Source: Utricularia gibba
Taxonomy: Eukaryota; Plantae; Magnoliophyta
Direction: 5' to 3'
Assembly (NCBI GenBank): GCA_002189035.1
Contig: CM007992.1
Span: forward strand, 1-64,000
Length of the DNA: 64,000 nt
The notes below the pieces were generated by a model. It saw nothing but the letters and a program-made list of their open reading frames with translations. It searched no databases and was not told the DNA's origin. Shown here one piece after another: positions 14,070 through 25,709 of this stretch (the stretch's first letter is position 1; each line of letters begins with the position of its first letter). The position numbers and the translations under genes were made by a program.

Positions 14070-14875
14070 ATGGATCTGAGTGATAATGTAAGCGATCAGG
14101 GTCATATTCATGATCCGACTAGCGAATTATTTCGTTTAACTTCGGCCTGATCAGAGCATGCGTGACAATGTCTTGGTAGAATCTTCCTGATATTTCTCCC
14201 TTTTTCAGGGTTCGGAGTGGGAGGAGGAAATGAGCAGCGGTGGCCGTTCGCCTTCCCCGGGTAGGATTCCATCGGATGGCCTTGGCTCGACTATCAAGAC
14301 GTGTGTTGATTGCGGTACCTCAAAAACCCCACTCTGGCGCGGCGGCCCAGCAGGCCCTAAGGTCTCTGATAACTCTGATAACATGACCATTCTCATGACA
14401 CGCCTGCACTTTAGATTCCAAGCCATTATTACCATTCTTGAGGAAGCTTTTTCTATTATTACAAATGGGGAAACTCTGTTTCTTTTTTTTTATCAACAAA
14501 GAAGAAAACATGGTTTATTGAAACACCCCTGATGATCATGCCTATGTTTCTGCACTGCAGTCTCTTTGTAACGCATGTGGGATTAGGAGCAGAAAGAAGA
14601 GAAGGGGTTTAGCGGGTGTGACCAAGGAAGAGAAGAAATGTAAGAAACCGTTGGCATCGAGTCTCAAGGGCGGCCATCAGAGCAGCAACAGCAGCAGCAG
14701 CATCCAGAGTAGTACCAGCAGCAGCGCAGAGAGTGCCTTCAGATCTTGGGCGTTCGGCGGAGACGTGGCGCTTCAGAGACCAAGATCAAACATTGCCCGA
14801 AGAAGGAAGCTTGGCGAAGAAGAGCAGGCTGCTTTCCTGTTGTTAACCTTGTCATGTGGCTCTGTCTATGCTTAA
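14070..14875 (+). CDS. GATA transcription factor, short class-B type (GATA15/16-like), 3 exons
   Basis: CVDCGTSKTPLWRGGPAGPK|SLCNACGIRSRKKRR zinc finger split by an intron; C-terminal EEEQAAFLLLTLSCG (LLM-like). Confidence 0.92.
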
Positions 14876-15523
14876 GCATTGGCAATCTTGTTTTGTACCC
14901 ATCGAATTAAGTGTTGTACTCTGGTATCAGGGAATCCTATGATTCGTTTCGCAATAAGCCCAGGGCCCGGAAGTAGGCCATTGTTGTATCTCGTTCTAAT
15001 TTGGCCCACGAAAGAGCGTCTAGCCCAATGTAATTTACTGGCCCAGAAGCGGGGTAATGTTGTACCCAGTTGTAATTGGGCCCTCCGTCAGGCTGCTTTT
15101 GTGGCTGTCGATGAAGGTACTCACTGAAGTTTGCGTTGCAGCTTTAACGCTTACACCAGGCAGCGTGGTCCAAGACGTTGGAAAAAGTTGGTCGCAACTG
15201 GTAGGGTTCACTTTGCATGGGAGATATGTATGTACCTGGAAAGCAAACGTGCACAGTGAGAGATGACATATGGAAAGTTAAATTAATGCAGCATATCAAT
15301 CGGCAGCTAGGGAATGGAATCGCCACACGGCGAGAAAGGTAAAGCATTCAGGGAATGGGAGCAAGAGTTTCCGGCGTTTTTACCTGGGAGCAGCGCATCT
15401 GGAAATAATTAACTCCTGCGAAACGGACAGGTACCCGGCAGATGTTTGGCCCATTGCCACCTTTTGCTGCGGTATTTATACTGGCCAATGTCTGCAGGGC
15501 GTTAGAAGGTCTTTGCTAGAAAA

Positions 15524-15862
15524 ATGCGGGTCTAAGTCTGATACTGGAATGCTTTATGGGAACCCTTTCCGTAAGCCAGTCTCCTGTGGTGATTCACACG
15601 GATATGGCTTTCTTGACCGTTGCTTTCTCTGTAGACGGAAGCTTTTGCCTACCAAAGACATCTACATGTACAGGTAAATGCTTCCTTTTCCTCTCAGTGA
15701 TTTTTTGTTTTTACTCCCGGTTTTGGTGTTGCGTGGATTGTTCTCCTGGTTTCTGAAGAGTGCAATAAAAACGATGATGGGTGGTGCAGTGGCGACCAGG
15801 CGTTTTGCAGTGAGGACTGCAGGTGCAGGCAGATTTTCATGGACGAAGCCGCCAACACATAA
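15524..15862 (+). CDS. FLZ: FCS-like zinc finger (FLZ/DUF581) small protein, 2 exons; not in the ORF track
   Basis: FLDRCFLCRRKLLPTKDIYMY|SGDQAFCSEDCRCRQIFMDE with intron 15674-15789. The N-terminal (M)AGLSLILE motif joins only after restoring single Gs at ~15526 and ~15606. Confidence 0.85.
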
Positions 15863-16614
15863 AGTAGCAACAACTAACAGCGTCTACACTTTCATCTCCC
15901 AGTCTTCATCCAGTTCCCTGTTGCTGTATTGTTTCCCTCGGTGAGGTAATAAAGTGGCGAGAAACCAGGTTAACGCTCTGTGGGATCAAGAGTCGTTTAG
16001 ATGCCCATTCCCATGGCCAAAGCTGCATTTTTTATGATCGTTTTTATGCCCTCCTTTTTTTTGCTCTCTTTAGATGCTGCTTCCAAAGGGGGGTATTTGG
16101 TTTGTAATTTTGTTGCACAGGGTCATGGGTTTTGTTTAGGCCCTCTTTCCTCAGAGCTTGGCTTCGTATAGATGCGCTGCCATAGGGGCAGTCGCATCTG
16201 GAATGCAGCAATTCTCGCATCTTGTCTGTGTTGTGACTTTTACTACCGTTGTTTTTTCGCATGAAGAAAGGGATGCTTGTTTATGGAATCATGATTCCGT
16301 AGTTGCCTTGGCATTGCTAAGTAAAACATAACCATTCCCGGCAGGGGTAATGTCCCGATTGCAGGCTGACATCATGAGAAATACGGGGATCCATAACAAT
16401 AATAGAACACTGTCTCTTACATGAATTCATCAGCAAGCCAACAGTGAATAGACACGATTCAACAAGGTGCTTCAACTTATACAAGTCTAAGAATCATGCA
16501 AAGAGTCACTGACCCACTACACAATGAAGAAGCAAAGCCACAACCAACGACTGCGTGGTCGTCTTCGCAATTGGCCTCCTTGTGGTTCTCCGCTGATCAT
16601 TTAACAAAGGGACT

Positions 16615-17802
16615 TCAGCCAGATTTGAAGAGGAGAACAGCTTTGTTCTCCAAATAGAAGTACACAAAGTGATTCGTCTCGTGAGTCACATAAGACCCTG
16701 AACGTAGAGTGCAAGTCATGGGATAACAAAGTCAATCACTTCGAGCAGCAAATGGACCATTTTATGCAGCCATCGACAGTTTTGGGTAGAGCATGAATGT
16801 AGGTACAATAAACAAGCAATGATTCTTGCTGTAAAGCTAAAAAAACAACAGCAATATGCACTCGCATGTCAAACAATCCTGCCTAAACAGCCAGCATATC
16901 ATCATTTTAGTGGTGGATTGCTCTAAACTTGAGTATCTAAGCTTCAGGTTTGATCACCACAGAAAATCATTCCTTATTTTGACATAAAACAGGCATAAGG
17001 AATGGAATTCCATCAGAATTTTCGATGTGCATTGCACAGTTGAAGTAATACAATACCCCCTAGAGTCATAGATCACATTGAGGAATACGAACACTCTCTT
17101 ACAGGCACAAAAGAAGCAGCCGTTGTGTAAAAAAACAAATAAAAAAGTTCGATTATCATATCGCAGTTGCATATTCCACAAGGGGCATCTGAAAGGCAAC
17201 ATAGACTTGCACCTAGCATTTTACTCTATTAAGATATTCAGATCTCCGCTGATTTTCACAGGCATACTACTTTAAAACCTCAATTTGGCAGAGAGCGTAC
17301 AAAGAAAAAAAACCAGAGATCATGAAACTATAGCAGTTGATCGCTCTTAGTGGTATACAAGAATCCCCAAAGAAACAAAAAAAGAATAAGAGATTGGATT
17401 ACCGAAGTTCTTGCCCACAATGCAATGCCACGTTGGGCCGTACTTCTTGTCGAACATCTTCTTTATCCGCTCGGCCACATCCTTCTCCACGCTGAGCTTC
17501 TCAAATGCCTACAATCACATGAAAAGATACCATTTTGGAGCACCCAGTGAAGCAAAGTTCCAAGAGTCACAATTAATTCAATCACGCCGTTTATTTTGAA
17601 TCAGATAGTGCAGAAGTTAGAAAAGTACAGCAATGGCAATGTCGATAGCTTCTTTCTGCATGTCCTCCTTCATATCAGCGCTCTTCAAAGTGACCTTCTT
17701 CGGAGGATTAGAAGCAGAGGGAGATCTGCGATCTTCGCCGGAGGCAGCAAGCGGCGGCCCAGCGATCCCACCGTTACCGCTTCTCTTCAAATCATCACTC
17801 AT
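16615..17802 (-). CDS. Dynein light chain LC8 family, 3 exons
   Basis: [19 protein letters not shown]|[36 protein letters not shown]|[26 protein letters not shown]. Confidence 0.95.
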
Positions 17803-18169
17803 TTTCTGGGAAGAAATTATCCCAAATGAAGATAGAAAATGGATCTTCCCCTGCAGAAAACAGACGCCCTTCTGGCGGAGGAGAGTTGCAGTTGTGAAGC
17901 TCTAGTTTTACTAAAAGTGGGTACCCAGTTAGCCTTTAACAGTCCGGCTTTTCTCCGACAGGAAGATAGAAAATGGATCTTCCCCCGCCATGGGTAACTT
18001 ATTATTAAAATTAAAGTAAAATATTGTTTTTATTTTCTAATATATTATTATTAATATTTTATTTCGAATTTAATAATAATAATTTCCTCCCTCCCTCTTT
18101 GAAACAAGATAGATCGTAATTTCCCAAGGTGGAAATTTCTTTGCGATTTGGGATCTGGATGATCCATTG

Positions 18170-18224
18170 ACCCTAAATCCGCGCCTTGAGCCCATGTAAA
18201 ATCCACTATCCCAGATCTGGCCCA
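18170..18224. promoter_or_regulatory. Telo-box-like motif plus two site II elements in the DLC/TCTP divergent promoter
   Basis: ACCCTAAA (18170), AGCCCA (18189) and GGCCCA (18219). This combination is typical of translation/growth gene promoters. Confidence 0.45.
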
Positions 18225-18340
18225 ACCAAAAATGCCTCCTGACGATGATACCTTCCGGGTCCTTGTTCGTCTGAGGTTGCTTGGTCGTCGAAGCGGCAGT
18301 TCCCGGTTCCCAACGACTGAGGGCTGAGACTTCTGAAGTC

Positions 18341-19453
18341 ATGTTGGTTTATCAAGATTTGATCTCTGGTGATAATTCTTGCTTGTTTTGGTTTTTGGAT
18401 TGTTATATTTCCTTCTCCCTAGTCTGACTCGTAGTTGATCTTTCGGTGAGTCTCTGCTAGTTTATTAAATTGTCTTCTTGTGTTGAAGATCCCACTTTTT
18501 AAGTGTTTGGCCGTATGGTGAATTGGTTTTCTTCCGTATCTGATGTTCGGAGATTGAACTTCTTTTCTGATATTACAATTCAGACCCTCAGCTTGTGTTT
18601 TAGTTCAACTTTCAAGATGAGATGACTCACTGGGTGGGTGGATACAAAGAACTTTTTTGTCCTGGCTTTTGGTCGTATTTTCAATGATATTTCCTAGCCT
18701 GATGAGGTCGTTTGTGGATTTTCCTTGAGCGATACACGAAGCTGTTGTTTGATATATGGGTGGTTCTTCAAGGCTGTACTGCATGATTTATGTGCAAAAG
18801 CGTACTCTGTAACAAGCAGGTGATGAACTCCTTTCCGACTCTTTCCCCTACAAGGAGATCGAGAATGGAGCTCTCTGGGAAGTTGAGGGAAAGGTTCGTT
18901 AAATATTCTGTTCATATGTCTTGAGTTTCGAGATGCTGTCTTTACAAGTTCATTGACACACAACGTCTGTTGTGGGGGACATTAGTGGGTCGTCAAAGGA
19001 GCACTCGATGTAGACATTGGTGCAAACCCCTCGGCTGAAGGTGCGGAGGACGATGAAGGTGTTGATGATCAAGCTGTTAAAGTTGTTGACATCACCGACA
19101 CATTCAGGCTCCAGGTCCTTTTTCACACATCCCGTGTTGTTTCCTTCGTCACCATCTAACATCATCTTTTTGAACAGGAGCAACCTGCGTTTGACAAGAA
19201 ACAGTTCGTGGCCTGGATCAAAAAGTACATCAAGCTGCTTTCTGCTAAACTTGAACCTGAGAAGCAGGAAGAGTTCAAGAAGACGATCGAAGGGGCGACG
19301 AAATATTTGCTCGCAAAGATAAAAGATCTTCAGTTCTTTGTTGGGGAAAGCATGCACGATGATGGCAGCCTAGTGTTTGCTTACTACAAGGATGGTGCTG
19401 TGGATCCAACTTTCCTGTACTTCGCCCACGGCCTCAAGGAGATCAAGTGTTAA
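18341..19453 (+). CDS. TCTP: Translationally controlled tumour protein, 4 exons
   Basis: [10 protein letters not shown]|[24 protein letters not shown]|[19 protein letters not shown]...DTFRLQ|[10 protein letters not shown]...[39 protein letters not shown]. Confidence 0.97.
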
Positions 19454-19767
19454 GTGACTGGAGATGGTCCAGAAATGTCTTCCGAAGTGTTTAGCCTCTT
19501 TCCCCTTGTTTTATGCGCCATGTTTTTCAACACTTGATGTCGTTTTAATGGGCCATGTTGGGCTAACGGACTGAGTATGAGTGAGCCCGTGTTAGCCCAT
19601 CACTGTAATATGTTTCTTTAGCGGGCGACATCGAGGGCTTTCTCATGCCCAATTTCAAATCAATCTCAACTCCAGCACCAGGTCCACCATAATTCGAAAT
19701 TTGAACGGCACGATAGATTTCACTCCACCGCAGTGGAATTTCCAGTATTCTCGTTCTCTCCAGCGAA

Positions 19768-20773
19768 ATGGTAAATTCATGTCAAAGAAATGCAGTGTTG
19801 CACTGGGAATTCCGATGGTTGAATCGAAATTTCCAGGATTCTCCTGTTCTTCTATTGAGATGCTCGTACACGAGATGATTGATTCGTTTTCATTTGATGT
19901 TTGCCCATGATCTGCGGCATTCGGATTGTTCATTTTCATCTTCTGTGCCAGAATAGGCGGGTTTACTTCACGCATTTTATGGATCTATGTAGTTCGCATC
20001 TGGGCTTTTTGCTTAGTATTGCGATGATGCAGTATGGCACGATGTTTCATTTTATTTGCAGTTTTTTCCTTTTTTCTGAAGCTGATGGGTTGGGCGGTTT
20101 CACTCTCTGCGTATTTATTTAGCCATGCTGTACTTCCTTATTCCAAAGTATGATAATAATTATTATAAAGTGCTTTATTGCATACAAATGCAGGACGGCC
20201 ATGACACTGATACTACAAAACAAAGTTCTTCCGATATGACAGCCTTTGTAAGTTCTTACATGATTATCTTCATCACGATAACTGTTGGGGGAGGGTGGGG
20301 CATTGCCACCGTCGACTAACTATTCTCTTTTAAATGGTTTAGGTTCAAAACCTTCTTCAGCAAATGGTGAGTGAACCTAACTTTATTTTTGCGGTCAATT
20401 CTCGGTAAAGTTTCTAATGCTTTCCGTGTTTTCAGCAAGATAGGTTCCAAACAATGTCACAGTCCATCATCAGTAAAAATATCCTTTGACGCAATGCAAG
20501 TAATATTGCTCTTTTACTGGGGTGAAAATGATGAAATTGTTTAGTGTGGGAAACAAATCCAGACAGCCATGAAACAAGTCTTTTGACAAGATATTTATTT
20601 CTTCAAATCTTGAATTCCTTAGCTTCATTGTACTTGATGATATGGGTAACCGGATCGACGAGTTAGAGCAGAGCATCAATGATCTCAAGACTGAGATGGG
20701 TCAAGACGGCACTGCATCTCCTTCGGCTGCATTGAAGTCTAAAGATGAACCCAGGTCAGCTGACGGTGGCTAA
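19768..20773 (+). CDS. HSBP: Heat shock factor binding protein, 5 exons, last intron U12-type AT-AC
   Basis: M|DGHDTDTTKQSSSDMTAF|VQNLLQQM|QDRFQTMSQSIISKI|DDMGNRIDELEQSINDLKTEMG...*. The frame is restored exactly by removing 20479-20633. Confidence 0.92.
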
Positions 20774-21142
20774 TCAATTGAGCTCATTTCTCAGTATAAT
20801 CTTCTGTTTTATTCACTCCGAGGAATTCAATTCCATTTGTTTTCCGGTGGATCGTTTACCTATCACGTTGTGCTGAATTTGGCGTCTTTTCTCTTGACCA
20901 AACCAACTGTTGCAATATGAATATTGGTCTAGAGTGATGATACTCTGATTTCCCAAATGGAATTGGTCTTGTGATTGAAGCAGTTCGCATTCATCCCGTA
21001 GACATTTGCAACTTTCTACAACTCTTTTGACACCTAAAATTTTTCACTGCTACTGTTGTTTGAAAAAGCAGATAAAACCGCATCATTTGTAGATGCACAT
21101 CTAAGGCTCTTTTACATTCAGAAAGAGTGGGTGGCGGAGGAT

Positions 21143-22233
21143 TCACATGATGTAGCATCCATGGGAGTTCTCCCCGCCGAAGGAATCTTGCGGTGGATAT
21201 CGCGGCTGATAAATCTCCGGCTGGCCGTAGGATGATGTATGAATGTATGGCTGTTGGGCGTGTAGTAGTAAGAGTAGTACGCCGGAGCACCGCCCACAGT
21301 TGCTTGCGCTCCGGTGTAGCTCACCGAATACGCTGGTGGGGGAAATAACTAGTTGCAGTAGGGTACTGGTAGGGATTCTGAGACGGAGGGCCGAGATTTG
21401 ACTGATCCGCAACATGGCCGAATCCCGACCCCACGTTTAAAAGATCCGAGGATCCAGTCCTCTTGGCCGCATCATTAGGCGCCAGGCCGCCATGGCCGTT
21501 GGGCTCTTTACTACCCTCATTTTTCTTTTTCTTTTTACCAACGCCCCGCCTTTATGCTCCGCCGCGATCCGCGTCTCTCCGAATGCCGGGTTTTTCTCCG
21601 GCGGCTTAGCGTTAACCTTAACTGGATCGGCTCCTGCAAATCTAACACTCGCAACGCCATTTCCTTTTCCCTTGCAAACACTCGTCGCCTTCGCTTTAAG
21701 ATCATTTTTCTCATCCTCGCCTACTTCGTCGTCTTCTTCTTCTTCTTCCTCTTTTTTACCTTTCAGGTCAGTAGATTTCGCATTCGATTTGGGGGGCTTT
21801 TCCTCCGACAACAACTCTGCATGCTTGCCGGTTTTCGCCAGCTTCTTGATCAGGATATTGGGAGCGACATTGCCGGTCACGGTAACTTTATGCTGCTTAG
21901 CATCAATGGTTGTTGTGTAAACACCTGAAAAATGCATGCAACAAAACCATCTTATTTCTTCCAAATGAGAAGCTGTGATGAAGGATGGGATACATAATAA
22001 ACCCGAAGTGAATGGACCTTCGATGGAATGCAGTGCCTTCTTGACGTTCCTCTCGCAACCTTGGCAGTGGATGGAAACCTTCAGAACCCATGTCTGACAA
22101 CAACAAAAAAAGGGAAAAATCCCGGAGTGGTTTAGTTGTCATCAGATCACAATTCGAAGCAAAACTTCAACCTTTTTGCTGCATGTATCACCTGGTATTT
22201 CAGAGGCGGCAGTTCGGTCTTTCCGGTGGCCAT
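21143..22233 (-). CDS. HIPP: Heavy-metal-associated isoprenylated plant protein (HMA domain + CaaX)
   Basis: [14 protein letters not shown]|[25 protein letters not shown]|[20 protein letters not shown]...GKKKKK...[14 protein letters not shown]. Three apparent 1-bp deletions in G/C runs in the last exon. Confidence 0.88.
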
Positions 22234-23272
22234 ACGAGGAGGAGGAAGAGGAGTAATTTCTGGGTGGGAAGGAGGAGAAGGTGGGTCTGCGGTGCCCTGT
22301 AATATCTGCTTTTATGCAGTTGAGGTGCTTGGGTTATTGACGAGGTAGGGAAAATAATTGGCATTCAACGGGGCGTGTTATTGTAGAAGAATGGGAGGCA
22401 GCATTGATGAAACCGCGGATGGGATGGGATATTAAAAAACAAAACGAAACCATTTATGGGCCAAAAAAGCCCAGTTCAGAATCCCATTGTCCTGGCTCCA
22501 CTGCAAGGTAGTGTGATCTTTTATCTTACTGGTTTGGTTTGGGGTGATGCTGAATCATGACAAGAACAAGTAAAGGTGCAATGCAGAATTAAGAGAGGCG
22601 ATGCTGAGCTTCATTAAATTGGTGAGAGGGACTGGATCGGCTTGCATGTAACTGGCAGGCAGCTCTTGTGTATACTTACATCAGGCGATGCTCTTGAGAA
22701 GAGTGAAATGCTGCTGGTGCAGCCATCGGGGCCGGGGAATCCACCTACCTGAACATGGGGTTCTCTCTCTGCTTACTCAACACTCAAGCAACATTGCTAA
22801 ATAATGGCGCACCCTCTCTCAATCTCTTTCTCTCTCGCTCAGTTCAGTGGTCCAATTACTGAGAAAAAGGCTCGTCGTGCTCACGCCACTGAAATGATGG
22901 ATGCGAATATCATGATTCCTCCCTTCCAACTGGAGCAAGACATAATTCAAACAACCCATCACCGCAAGCCGCAGCATGTTGTGTGGACAGCGATTCCATC
23001 GCTTGGGGAATAGGAAAACCTGGAGGATGGCGCAATATGAAGATGAGTTTCTCCATGGCACTGGTCTTCGTATGGGCTTTTCATTCACATGTTGGGGACA
23101 GGACCCCCACTCAATTTGTCAATAATTGTACTGAACAGGAACCTTGCGCTTGCATAATAAACACACACATGCCCATCATCAAACGCCACTCCGACGAATG
23201 TAATTTTCGACGAAAGGCCAAGGATTACAAACTTCCCATCACCATCTTCCCCAAAAAAGTCTAGTTAGAAAT

Positions 23273-23580
23273 TGCGGTATCCCACATCGGGCTAGAACCT
23301 GGGCTTGTCAAACACGGTCGGCTTGCTTATCCAGGATGGACAACCTGCGCATACAAAACAGTGGTTTGGGCCTTGGGGGTTGGACTTCCGCAAGAAATGA
23401 TGGCCAACCCAGTCTACTACTAACAGAGTACACGCTGCTTAGTAGCCCTTTTCCAGGATGGACAACCTGCGCATAACCTGGGCGACGCGTAGAAGCGTTG
23501 GCGCTTACCCTTTTATTGCCGAGCCCAAATCAAACCTCGTTACTCGTCACGGAGTGATCGCCCATGCTTGACTGTGAACA
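23273..23580 (+). mobile_element. Possible degenerate solo-LTR/TRIM relic
   Basis: Starts TG...ATCCCACATCGG (common LTR 5' motif), carries a duplicated GGATGGACAACC motif and ends ...AACA. No matching 5-bp TSD. Confidence 0.35.
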
Positions 23581-23951
23581 ACCAAGGGGCATCTGACTCA
23601 ACTAGATCCGCACTTTGCTTTGTTATGTCTCGCCAGCCTCACATCTGAAACTTTCTGAGAAGGGGCAAGACTTGGTGCAAAAGAAAATTGTAGGGTGATC
23701 CCACTCCGGTCTAGCTCGATAACAAATCCGTTGCATGACGCGAAATTGGGGCGAGACCCGACGTCTTCCAGCAACCATTTCACCTCTGGCTGCTCTGTTT
23801 TGTTCATCTCCCAACACAAGGAATTAGTTTTCTCTACTTTGTGTTTAGTAGGTATGATTAGCAGAGAGTGGGAAGTAGCAAACAATTGTTTTTATCTGAT
23901 ACGCATTGATTCCCGTAGGAAAAATGATTGTGCAGCTAAAGTATCCCTTGG

Positions 23952-24131
23952 CAGGGGCGGACGCCCCCATCGCCCCCCCAGAAAAAAAAAAAAATTAGAT
24001 AAATTTTTTAAAAATTTTGAAAATTTTAATTGAGTTTCACCTTCATTTTCTAGTTTCGCCCCCTCTTCCGAGTCTAGCCCCCCTCTTTTGAGTTTCGCCC
24101 CCCCTTACACAAAATCCTGGGTCCGCCACTG
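23952..24131. mobile_element. hAT-family MITE, 180 bp
   Basis: TIRs CAGGGGCGGAC / GTCCGCCACTG (1 mismatch); 8-bp TSD TCCCTTGG (23944-23951) / CCCCTTGG (24132-24139); internal GTTTCGCCCCC subrepeats and an AT-rich core. Confidence 0.85.
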
Positions 24132-24540
24132 CCCCTTGGAAGGGTAGGAAACATGGGGCGGGCAAACCCAGTTCATGAGAGACAGGAGATTGAACAGCGC
24201 AAAGAGCCAGAAAAACGCTTCCAAAAGAAGTTCGAGAAGTTTAACAAGTGGGTCCGAGAAGTGCGCACTCGGTGCACCTTTGAAAAAGAATTAAAACGAG
24301 CATACTCAATGATGCATGTGTTATTCTCCATTTCAAAATCGTGATTTTTGGATGTGAGCATTTTAGTGGTGGGAAGTATGCAACCTGTTAGTTAACCTTC
24401 CGGTGGACCAGCTTCATTTATTGAAGAAGAAGACACAAAAAAACAAGGAAAAACTGCATGTCTTCTGTGTCTTCCTAATACATACAAGGGCATCCACATG
24501 TCGTCGCTGCAAATGCAGTTTCTTGTATCTTCTGGTTACA

Positions 24541-25709
24541 TTATAATGCTGAGCGAAGTGTTCTCACTACTTCCTTGGCTGTTAAGTCGAATTCCTTCTC
24601 CATCTGTACTAGGCTAGTGTGAGTTTTTGAACAACTGCTGGGTTTATGCATGCTATTGGGTATTTTAAAGGAGTTGGTAAGTTTACCTCTGCCACCACCG
24701 TAATGTCAAGGGATAAGTCCCCAAAAGGGGTTACGTTGGCACTCACTACGGACAAGTTGAGATTTTCCATTTTGCTGAGCAAATTCACCAGGACCCCTTT
24801 CTTTTGCTTCTCGCAGTGAACTCTCACAAAAATGTGGTTGCTGTAGGCCCTGACTTCGATTTCCGGCAGAAGCTGCTCTTCAGAACTCCTTTTGTTGTCC
24901 AAGGAGTCTTTGTCATCCACCATGATCTGGGGCTTGTTCACAAGAACCACCGATACCTTGGCCTTCTTGGATGCCTGTTCCTCCAGTATCTTTACTTTCT
25001 CCTGAAGCTGCTTCAAATACGCGATGGCGTCCCCGAGAATAGAAGTTTTGTCCATCTGCCAGGTGGAGTAATAATCATTCATTCGTTCTTTTTGGTTGTG
25101 ATTTGATTAATATAAATGGCAATCACTACTTTCTTGAGGCCAGGAACAATGGTGGAAAGAGTGATGAATCTCTGGCTGAGCTGTTGACGCCGCTTTCTCT
25201 CGGCGACTATGTGATCATATGTCTGGGAAGGTGGCCTGACACGTACCGGCTGCCGTTTCGACTTCATCTGCGAGCCCTGTGACTGGAAAACAGCAGCTGT
25301 CTCCACCGGGTTGCCGAAATTGAGAATTACCGGAGGATGTGTTGTGTGCGTCGCGAAGCTGTTATTGTGACGTTTCGTCTGTGGCCTGGTTTTCGAGATT
25401 GGAGTTGGAGAGCCTTGAGAGGGAGAATCAGTACTGGAGACATTGATCTGATTCGAGGGGAAACAGGACTCCAATTCCGTGGCAGCTGCCGCCTCATCAT
25501 CCAGATCCATGAGCAGGTCAGATGGGTGATGATCATCCATGAGCATCCAACCATCCATCCCCTGCAATGAACACATGAAAAATTTAACCAGGTCGCTGTG
25601 CAAGGCAATTTAGAAATGGGTGCAGTCATGGACACAGGCGAAACTAGATCATGATGGAGAGGAGAGGGACCAGTTCAGAGAGCCATGAAATATCAGGAGG
25701 CGAATCCAT
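24541..25709 (-). CDS. bHLH transcription factor, subfamily IVa (bHLH18/19/20/25-like), 4 exons
   Basis: MDSPPDISWLSEL|...YDHIVAERKRRQQLSQRFITLSTIVPGLKK|MDKTSILGDAIAYLKQLQEKVKILEE...ACT-like LPEIEVR..VRVHCEKQK|MEKEFDLTAKEVVRTLRSAL*. Confidence 0.92.

Noticed and set aside
23279-23400. Telomerase RNA or U-snRNA gene behind the USE motif
   Set aside because: No TATA box at the expected 25-35 bp spacing, no telomere template sequence and no recognisable snRNA body.
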